From: Campylobacter phage vB_CcoM-IBB_35
Sequence record: HM246721.1
Length of the DNA: 24,000 nt
Reading direction: 5' to 3' (one strand)
Shown: positions 17,125-24,000 of the stretch, one piece after another
Layout: every line of letters begins with the position of its first letter
Position numbering within the stretch: position 1 is the stretch's first letter
The notes under the pieces: generated by a model
Told to the model about the DNA's origin: nothing
Seen by the model: the letters and a program-made list of their open reading frames with translations, nothing else
Database searches by the model: none
Position numbers and translations under genes: made by a program

Positions 17125-18353
17125 ACATTTTCCTTGAAGTTCGATTCTATTAATATTCTTGCTATGTCTTCTATTTCATCTTTATTTAAATCGAAGAATT
17201 CTCCAGAACCTGGAAATTTATCACTGAACTTGACATTTTTATCCTTATATTTTTTATGTATAAATTTCTCAACACCACCAGCATCTTTTACGAATACACA
17301 TATTTTTAAATCTAAGTCGGGTACAAAGCGCCTTAAATCTCTTAAACGTTGTTCTAAGTTTTTGGTTATTCCTACTTTGTAAGCACCTAATGTGTATGAA
17401 TATAATACATAAACATTTCCGGGCCATCTATAACTAAAACCAGAAACAGTATTAGAATATGTTTCTTTAGGTCTACGTGGTTTATGACCTTTGCTTAGCA
17501 AGATACAATATATCGAACTACAGGTTTTATTATAACCTTGTGTTTGACTTTTAAATGTTTTTTTATTACCACATTCGCAATATATATGATCGCCGCTTAA
17601 TTTATTAACATATAGATATAATCTTTCATCATCTCTGATATCTGAATCTTTTGTATATTCAAGTACATTACCAAAAATATTTGCTATTTTTTCATTTGTA
17701 GTATTTCTAATATCAGGCGGAACACTCTTAATAATTTCTATAATTTCATCGTGTGGTAAATTAGAATGCTTTATAGGTTTTTTTGAATTATGATATGTTA
17801 TTTGGCATTCTGGAGAACAAAACAATCTGTAACCATATTGCATATTTTGAAACTCTACTTCTTTGTCACACATTTTACAAAGTGGTCTATCTTTAATATT
17901 AGCATAATAACAAAATAATAATTCACTAGCTTTAATAGGTTTAAAATTAATATATTTTTTAATTTCATTTGATTCCATTAACTTATTATTATTTACTATT
18001 GTGCTATCACAATATCTTGCATTTTTTACAAAATCATCTATGTCTTTAAATTTTCTGGTAAGACTTTTTTGAGTCTCTGTATTTAATATAAAAACCTTTA
18101 TATAATCTATAAGTCTAATTTTATGATAATATGATTTAAAAAAATTAAAATCTTTTAAAAATTTAGCACCTAATTCTGGATTTGTTCTCTCCCAGAATCT
18201 AAATCTTGTTAGCTCACTATTATATTTAGCATTAAAAAAATTAACTTCTTCGAGTATGTTTTTTATTGCGTGTTTTTCATCATCGTTTAATAAACATTTT
18301 GGTAAAGAGTGTGGTTCGAAAAAAATTGGTGGAAAATTAACACTATGAGACAT
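17121..18353 (-). CDS. GIY-YIG superfamily (T5orf172-like) endonuclease ORF between the split intein 2 halves
   Basis: C-terminal GNVYVLYSYTLGAYKVGITKNLEQRLRDLRRF...; two Cys-rich putative zinc modules (CKMCDKEVEF...FCSPEC; CECGNKKTF...CSSIYC). Likely ATG at 18353, one nt after the terminase N-fragment TAA; the track start at 18386 is further upstream. Confidence 0.78.
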   Translation of the reverse strand: MSHSVNFPPIFFEPHSLPKCLLNDDEKHAIKNILEEVNFFNAKYNSELTRFRFWERTNPELGAKFLKDFNFFKSYYHKIRLIDYIKVFILNTETQKSLTRKFKDIDDFVKNARYCDSTIVNNNKLMESNEIKKYINFKPIKASELLFCYYANIKDRPLCKMCDKEVEFQNMQYGYRLFCSPECQITYHNSKKPIKHSNLPHDEIIEIIKSVPPDIRNTTNEKIANIFGNVLEYTKDSDIRDDERLYLYVNKLSGDHIYCECGNKKTFKSQTQGYNKTCSSIYCILLSKGHKPRRPKETYSNTVSGFSYRWPGNVYVLYSYTLGAYKVGITKNLEQRLRDLRRFVPDLDLKICVFVKDAGGVEKFIHKKYKDKNVKFSDKFPGSGEFFDLNKDEIEDIARILIESNFKENV

Positions 18354-18354
18354 T

Positions 18355-19566
18355 TTAAGGCTTCTTGAGTTCTTGTAACCTAGCATACAATTCCTTTATG
18401 GTAAGAGTTTCTATTTTATTAGTATATTTATTTCGCACCTGCACTCGAGTATCTTCGAGGCAACATGCGTAACCCCTGAAAGAATCTTGATTTGGTACGT
18501 CCGTCAAAATACGTATATTATTTTCACATTCTATTGAACCTTTATTCCAAGTAACTGTTCCTGGCTGCATCCATATTGGTAAACCTATTAATATTTTCTT
18601 TGTTTTATCTAAGAACTCTCGGGCAGAATTACCACTATAAGCAACTATACCTATGGTAAGATCTTTCTTAAAACAGTATAAATGCGCAAGTTTTACACTT
18701 GTTGTAGTTGATTTAGATGAATTATGACTTAAAACACCATTGGTGTAATAAAGGTGATGGTGCTCTAAAGTTAAATCATAACAATGATCATATTTTATAA
18801 ATGTTTTAGATATTATTTTAGAAGGTCCTGATTTTGTTTTAATTACCTTATTTAAACAATCTCTAACATATAATTCATTGCCATTTTTGTCTATTAATAC
18901 GTGTAATTCAGATGCTTGTAACTTGAATCCATTTTCGGTTTCTATCTCAAAAATATTGTATTTAATAGTTTTATGGACTTCGAGAATTTTGACTTTACCT
19001 ATAGGCGTTTCTACATATTTGTCTTTACATTCATAACTTTCGATAAACTTAGAACTATTAAAATATAATCTTTTATTAGATTCTTGGTTAATGAATAATC
19101 TCATAATAGTAGTTTCAGCACCATTTACATTTATTTTAGTATTTGCTTCAACACATTGACGAGGTTGCATTGATATCACGTTTTCGATAGAATCGTCGCT
19201 CAACAATTGTATAAATTCATCCTGGTATGGTCTAGAATCTACGAAATCAAAACCTTTTGGTGTAGTCATTCGAACATAATTTCTTAAGAAATAAAGTGGA
19301 TCATTCGCACATTTTTCAAGCTCGCTGATATGTATAGGGCTTAAGTTTAATTTTGTGTAAGCTTTTTTAAGACCACGAGACCCATTATAACTAATTCTCG
19401 TATTATACGCATCTAAGTAATAGTTGTCAGAGTCTTTAGGTAAATCTAAGATTTCTAAGGCTTGTGCTTTTCCTAGTTTTCCTTGAGCTCTAATTGTTTC
19501 TAAGAGTTCATCTGTTATTTCATTTTTATGTGTTTGAAAATATTTTATTTCTTCTTTGCTTAACAT
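18355..19566 (-). CDS. 17: Large terminase N-terminal extein (ATPase start) with mini-intein and C-terminal IntN2
   Basis: PYQDEFIQLLSDDSIENVISMQPRQ|intein|SSKSTTTSVKLAHLYCF...IRILTDVPNQDSFRGYAC|CLEDTRV. Matches T4-like gp17 order (Walker A, then RG...Walker B). Confidence 0.88.
   Translation of the reverse strand: MLSKEEIKYFQTHKNEITDELLETIRAQGKLGKAQALEILDLPKDSDNYYLDAYNTRISYNGSRGLKKAYTKLNLSPIHISELEKCANDPLYFLRNYVRMTTPKGFDFVDSRPYQDEFIQLLSDDSIENVISMQPRQCVEANTKINVNGAETTIMRLFINQESNKRLYFNSSKFIESYECKDKYVETPIGKVKILEVHKTIKYNIFEIETENGFKLQASELHVLIDKNGNELYVRDCLNKVIKTKSGPSKIISKTFIKYDHCYDLTLEHHHLYYTNGVLSHNSSKSTTTSVKLAHLYCFKKDLTIGIVAYSGNSAREFLDKTKKILIGLPIWMQPGTVTWNKGSIECENNIRILTDVPNQDSFRGYACCLEDTRVQVRNKYTNKIETLTIKELYARLQELKKP
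18358..18462 (-). CDS. N-terminal fragment of split intein 2 (35 aa)
   Basis: CLEDTRVQVRNKYTNKIETLTIKELYARLQELKKP* shows intein block A pattern (CLxDTxVxV) and ends at a stop codon. Confidence 0.87.
18721..19155 (-). CDS. Contiguous mini-intein 1 (~145 aa, no endonuclease) inserted in terminase Walker A
   Basis: CVEANTKINVNGAETT...YVETPIGKVKILEV...GFKLQASELHVLI...CYDLTLEHHHLYYTNGVLSHN|S: intein blocks A, B, F, G; splicing would yield QPRQSSKSTTTS. Confidence 0.88.
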
Positions 19567-19695
19567 TATAAATCTTTTTATATTATATATTATATATTAA
19601 AATTAACTGATTGTAGTTTGAAATTTAAAGCTAAAGAGCTTAACATTTTAAAATTACTAAAATGGTTAGCTCTATTGTGATTGGATTTTAAATGT

Positions 19696-19902
19696 TTAAG
19701 AAATTAAATCTGGATCTGGTTTATATGCAGTGTTTGCAGAAATTTGCGAATCTCTCATATTTTTATATTTTTCGATAGAAGCTAGTCTTGACCTAATTTC
19801 TGGCATATCATCAAACTTATTAATTAGAATAGCTCTGAAATCATTACTTGCTTGTGCTAGCCCTTTATTTTGAATTACATTCATTACAATATCGTCATAC
19901 AT
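19696..19902 (-). CDS. Small hypothetical protein (68 aa)
   Basis: ORF with SD (AGGAG) upstream. Confidence 0.55.
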   Translation of the reverse strand: MYDDIVMNVIQNKGLAQASNDFRAILINKFDDMPEIRSRLASIEKYKNMRDSQISANTAYKPDPDLIS

Positions 19903-19923
19903 TTTTAACTCCTGTGATTATAA

Positions 19924-20672
19924 TTATTTGTTTTTATTTTTAAGAATCTCGATAAATTCTAAGAAATGTTCTTTAAGTACAGATTCTTTTAGTTTTTGAA
20001 TCTTTCAAATCAGCTTTGCTATCACTGTCAGAATCTTTAGCACTGTCAGAATCTTTCAAATCAGCTTTGCTATCACTGTCAGAATCTTTAGCACTGTCAG
20101 AATCTTTAGATTCTACTAATTTACCATCCACCATTACAAATTCTTTTTGTGATTCATATATAGATGTTCCTTCCATAGTAGCATTATAATCGCTTGGTGC
20201 AGATACTAAATCATATGTAATCAAATCAAATGATTCAACAATACCATTTTTAACTCTGCCAGAACCTCTACTAGATACCGACAATTTAATACCATTATCT
20301 ATTAAGGATTTTAATTGGTTAGCTCTTGGATTATCTAACAATGTAGCTTCACCCATAACATACTTGCCGTTGATCTCTAGTTTATTGATAGCAGCAACTG
20401 CTTCCATAGGATCAACTGTTCCCCTTTCAGGGTGTTCCCACTCACAAAGCCTGTTAATAGAACCACTTTTTATAACGTCTTGATATTTTTTAACATTACT
20501 TTCCCAGAGTTCTTTTGGATAAATTCTGCCGTTGCGGTTTTTTCTACCTATTGTTGAAAAAATACCAGCAATTTTATTATTTTTTAACTTTTTCTTTTTT
20601 GTCGTTAACTGATTCTTCGATAAGTACATTAGCATCGTGATATTCATAAAGTAATTTTAACTTATCTGACAT
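19924..20672 (-). CDS. 21: Prohead core protease (gp21-like); full-length product needs apparent frameshifts near both ends
   Basis: Core ORF 19973-20647 has AGIFSTIGRKNRNGRIYPKELWE, CEWEHPERGTVDP, KLSVSSRGSGR and DLVSAPSDYNA. The SD-preceded ATG at 20672 (MSDKLKLLYEYHDANVLIEESVNDKK) and an alternate C-terminus (LKESVLKEHFLEFIEILKNKNK*) are in other frames. Confidence 0.75.
20003..20104 (-). repeat. Two 51-bp direct repeats encoding the acidic/serine linker DSDSAKDSDSDSKADLK
   Basis: tttcaaatcagctttgctatcactgtcagaatctttagcactgtcagaatc at 20003 and again at 20054. Confidence 0.9.
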
Positions 20673-20699
20673 TTAAAATCCTTGTTTTTTTGTATTTAT

Positions 20700-21014
20700 T
20701 TATTTGTCAGTATTCGAATCTGACTCTCTGCTAAAATCAGAATCAATAGTCGTGGAAGTTATATCAAACTTAGAATCTTTTAATATCACAGATTCACTAA
20801 AATTAAAATCAATATTGAAGTGGTTATCATCGTCTAAAGTCACAGATTCTCTAAAAGTCACAGGATCTGGTTTAGATACCAAATTAATAGAATCTTGAAT
20901 ACTATATTCTGGATCGTTCTTTATTGGTTCATCATATAAAAATATATTACCTTTGTAAGATTCTACTAAATCTAAATCAACTTTAAGTGGTGATTTATAG
21001 ACTAACCCCTTCAT
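20700..21014 (-). CDS. Hypothetical protein (104 aa)
   Basis: Co-directional ORF with acidic, serine-rich tail. Confidence 0.6.
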   Translation of the reverse strand: MKGLVYKSPLKVDLDLVESYKGNIFLYDEPIKNDPEYSIQDSINLVSKPDPVTFRESVTLDDDNHFNIDFNFSESVILKDSKFDITSTTIDSDFSRESDSNTDK

Positions 21015-21022
21015 TTTAATCC

Positions 21023-21538
21023 TTAAGCTTCGATTTCTTTAATAATAAAATCTACTGTTTTAATTCCAATTTCTTTTATTTTGGTATAGAGTTCATTGCA
21101 AGCATCTGCTGAACTAGAAACAATGCCAGCACCTCTGGTTTTACCAGGTAGGATACAACCTTCAGTATCTTGCGGGTAATTTCCAATATGTATTCTGATT
21201 AATCTATTGTTAAAATTAGTATCATTTGGTCTCTTAACCCAAATTGCTATAGTTGATCGATCTTTGTTGTACCATTGTGGGTATTTTTTAGCTAATCCAG
21301 TATTTTTAGAACTAGCACACCATTCTAATTTATAAGAGCCTGCTGTTATACGCTTATCAGTCCCCGATTCTTCTGTGCTTGGACCTGCGTTTTCACAAGC
21401 AGCACCTTTCCAAAGAATTTGGCCGTTATCATCATATAATATTAAATCAGATAATGTTGAACCTTCAATTTTTTCTTTACTTGGTTTTCTAACATTAGCA
21501 CATTCTTGTACTCTTTGCAATATTAATTTTGCCATCAC
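21023..21538 (-). CDS. DUF5675-like protein (possible virion/peptidoglycan-related)
   Basis: STLSDLILYDDNGQILWKG...RITAGSYKLEWCASSKN...IRIHIGNYPQDTEGCILPG; pattern resembles DUF5675. Confidence 0.5.
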   Translation of the reverse strand: MMAKLILQRVQECANVRKPSKEKIEGSTLSDLILYDDNGQILWKGAACENAGPSTEESGTDKRITAGSYKLEWCASSKNTGLAKKYPQWYNKDRSTIAIWVKRPNDTNFNNRLIRIHIGNYPQDTEGCILPGKTRGAGIVSSSADACNELYTKIKEIGIKTVDFIIKEIEA

Positions 21539-21600
21539 GTCCCTTTTTGTATATTTATTTAGTATTGATTAATACTTAGTTGTGAAATTGATACTAATTT

Positions 21601-21705
21601 ACACTCGAGTGTGGATTTTTGTATTTCAAATACCAACACTCAAGTGTATATTTTTACATTTCGAATACTTACGCTCGAGTGTAGATTTTTAAACTTTAAT
21701 AGCTT
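21601..21705. repeat. Three tandem 35-bp degenerate repeats with 12-bp palindromic heads
   Basis: ACACTCGAGTGTGGATTTTT.. (21601), ACACTCAAGTGTATATTTTT.. (21636), ACGCTCGAGTGTAGATTTTT.. (21671); exact 35-nt period. Confidence 0.85.
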
Positions 21706-23031
21706 GGATTTTTTTGTTCTTGGCTTGAAGAACTTACTGGTTGTGGAACTAACATAAATTGTGGTAAAGAACCTTTAGATCTTAATTGTAATTTCCATAA
21801 TTTACCGTCTATCTTAACATTCCATTTGATATCAGCATTACCATCACAGGAGACGACACAGTATTCAATTTTAAAATCTGAAGGTAAACTATCAAATACT
21901 TCTAAATGATTTCCCGAAACTTTATAAAAATTAGAACTTAATGGAGATCTACTCAAACAATTACAAACAACTTCAAACATAATATCATTAAAATATTTTG
22001 AACTCATAGCTATAAATGCTAAACTTGGTGGAAATCCTTCGAAAAAATTAGCAGCTTTTGCATTGCTAGCAATTTCACCATAAATGGCGGCTAAGTTATT
22101 GTTATTGGTTCTAACCCTAATGATGTCTGAATTTTTATGTTTCTTTAATTCAACCATACAATCTTTAAAAAACTTAAAAAAATTATCATCGAATGATTTA
22201 TATTTAATACTTTTAAAATTTGGTAAACCATAATTACCTGATAAATTATTCAAAGCATAAGAACCACCCAAAGCTTCTTTAGTAGATTTCTTAAGACTTA
22301 TAGGTATTATATTATCAAAAGCATTAATTTCTTTGTTGAGTTCTTGGTAAGTTTTGTATGATTTAATTTTATACGTAGGTTTAACTAAAAAGAAATCTCC
22401 CGGATTCCATTTATCCTCTGCTAATTTAGTTAATTGTTTACCTTGCTTTTTAAGATCATTAAAAATATCAGTTTTGTGGTGAAATTCATAATTTCTAAGG
22501 TTTTTTTTTAAAATTAATTTCATTTAGAATACATTTAGCAGCATCTTTGCAAGCTTTATCCCAATCTGGATTTTCAAATAAAAATGTTTTAACGGAGTCT
22601 AATGAGGTCTTAGTCCTAGTATTTTTAACTTGAGTTTCAGTGTAGAATTTAATATCAGTTAATTTGGTATTTAAAAACATATCCAAATAATATACAACAC
22701 CGCACTCTGCTAAGTCATCTTTGTTATCACTTTTTTGACCTTTTAATGTAATACCAGATACGTTAGATTTGTGAATTTTACTGAAGGGTACTTCGCCCCG
22801 AATTCCATTAATAGAACCTTTAAAGTTTTTATATTTTTTAGTATCTTTGTCGTATATTAAAAGTTCTACAGCATCGACATTCATATTTTTAATTAATTCA
22901 AATAATCTAATATTTATAGGATCTTTTAAATCAAAACTAAAAACACCAAGATCACCTTCTAATAAAAAATCATTTGTTTCTAATTTCTTAAGAAAAGGTT
23001 TAAAATATTTTGGTTTTTTAATTAAATTCAT
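21696..23031 (-). CDS. Hypothetical virion-associated protein, apparently one gene split by a frameshift at an A9 run (22501-22509)
   Basis: ORF 22495-23031 ends ...CILNEINFKKKP*; removing one A gives ...NEINFKKNLRNYEFHHKTD..., which continues into ORF 21696-22523. Confidence 0.6.
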
Positions 23032-23052
23032 TTACACTTAAAGGCATTTGAT

Positions 23053-23487
23053 TTATCCTGTTTGTTTATCACTAGATTTTGAATCTCGAATTCTTTTAAT
23101 AACATCAGCAGTCGAAATGGCTTCAAAATCTTCTTTAACTTCTGTGCTTGGATGTAATGCATTAATTTTATTAATATTAATTAAAATATCAGATATCCCT
23201 TTATAAGAATCAGTTAGAATTTTTAAAGATTTATTTGAAGTTTCAATTAGTTTACTATAAGCAGTTACTAAGTCTGGGTTATATCCTTCAATTTCCATTT
23301 CTTGAACTAGGTTATCACTCATAACTTTTAATTGTGCTACATTAGCTAAAATAATTTGTCTTAATTTATTATAATCGTCTACTACTAAATCTAATTGAAT
23401 TATTTCATCTGGATTTAATTGAGCTTTATTGATTTTAGCTTTCTCAGAATCGAACTCAACGATTTCAGCTTCTAGGACTTGTTCCAT
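23053..23487 (-). CDS. Possible small terminase subunit (gp16-like)
   Basis: 144 aa, helical; DLVTAYSKLIETSNKSLKILTDSYKGISDI resembles gp16-type helices; adjacent to a tail tube-like gene. Confidence 0.35.
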   Translation of the reverse strand: MEQVLEAEIVEFDSEKAKINKAQLNPDEIIQLDLVVDDYNKLRQIILANVAQLKVMSDNLVQEMEIEGYNPDLVTAYSKLIETSNKSLKILTDSYKGISDILININKINALHPSTEVKEDFEAISTADVIKRIRDSKSSDKQTG

Positions 23488-23496
23488 TATAACCCT

Positions 23497-24000
23497 TTAT
23501 GATTTTATAACAGCTTCTTTTAATTTAATAGATTCGAAATAATCAATTAATTCGAAATTATCGAAATTAAAAGTGAGATCAAAAGTTTGTTCAGCATCAT
23601 CTGCATTTGATATTAGTTGTAAAGCACCTAAGTTCGTGATTTTGCAACCATACATAGTCATGCTGACTAACGATTCTCCTTTGTTATCGGTTATTTCCAC
23701 TCCGCAAGTAAATTCTTTTAATGGTTCGATATTACCATTATTTGGGTGAACTCTATCGAAAATATATTTGATTAATTTTGTGTATATTTTGAAATCTTCA
23801 CCCACAAGGAAACCTACAGTTACTGGGTCATAGTCTATGTGGTCACCACCAATATAAAGACTTTTACCACCGAAGTTGACTTGGCTTGGGTTTAGACTAA
23901 AACCGGGTAATGCTATATTTTGTGCATATATCCATTCATCACCTAGAAAAGGTAAAAATATTTTATAATTACTAGATTGTGAATAACTATTACTAGTCAT
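23497..24000 (-). CDS. Tail tube protein-like (T4 gp19 family-like)
   Basis: NYKIFLPF...NIALPGFSLNPSQVNFGGKSLYIGGDHIDYDPVTVGFLVGEDFKIYTKLIKYI resembles T4 gp19 family. Confidence 0.55.
   Translation of the reverse strand: MTSNSYSQSSNYKIFLPFLGDEWIYAQNIALPGFSLNPSQVNFGGKSLYIGGDHIDYDPVTVGFLVGEDFKIYTKLIKYIFDRVHPNNGNIEPLKEFTCGVEITDNKGESLVSMTMYGCKITNLGALQLISNADDAEQTFDLTFNFDNFELIDYFESIKLKEAVIKS

Noticed and set aside
15934-17382. Several plus-strand ORFs (15934-16161, 16202-16453, 17110-17382)
   Set aside because: All antisense to the intein/endonuclease ORFs, which carry recognisable motifs.
15427-19566. Terminase locus as a simple degraded pseudogene
   Set aside because: Intein splice junction residues, extein motifs, SDs and start/stop couplings are preserved throughout; decay would not be confined to one single-base shift.
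19567-19695. Possible tRNA or small RNA in the gap upstream of terminase
   Set aside because: No cloverleaf or T-loop motif found; only AT-rich sequence with short weak inverted repeats.
21601-21705. CRISPR-like array
   Set aside because: The units are contiguous and degenerate over the whole 35-bp period, with no unique spacers.

Overview
This 24 kb, AT-rich window looks like part of a T4-like myovirus genome. Almost every gene is on the minus strand. Recognisable modules are: a radical SAM protein (cut by the window edge), a UDP-glucose dehydrogenase-like protein, QueE, baseplate/tail proteins, replication proteins (RNase H/5' exonuclease, gp44-like clamp loader, gp61-like primase, dUTPase, topoisomerase II large subunit), prohead protease and tail tube. 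The standout is the large terminase locus (14320-19566, minus). A ~599-aa terminase is interrupted by three intein-like elements: (1) a contiguous ~145-aa mini-intein inside Walker A; (2) an atypically split intein (IntN 35 aa, IntC 104 aa) whose halves lie on separate ORFs with a GIY-YIG/T5orf172-like endonuclease ORF between them; (3) a second split intein whose N part is fused to an HNH endonuclease and whose C part begins a third terminase ORF. The middle polypeptide contributes only 8 extein residues (CNIIVVDE), which are exactly the Walker B motif plus the catalytic acid. Other signals are: four apparent +1 frameshifts, all in the same direction and at or near A-homopolymers; a plus-strand lipoprotein gene with an in-frame amber codon, missed by the ORF track; a conserved TTTAAG-N11-TATAAT promoter motif at six loci; three tandem 35-bp repeats with palindromic heads; and a topoisomerase large subunit lacking the downstream TOPRIM DxD region.
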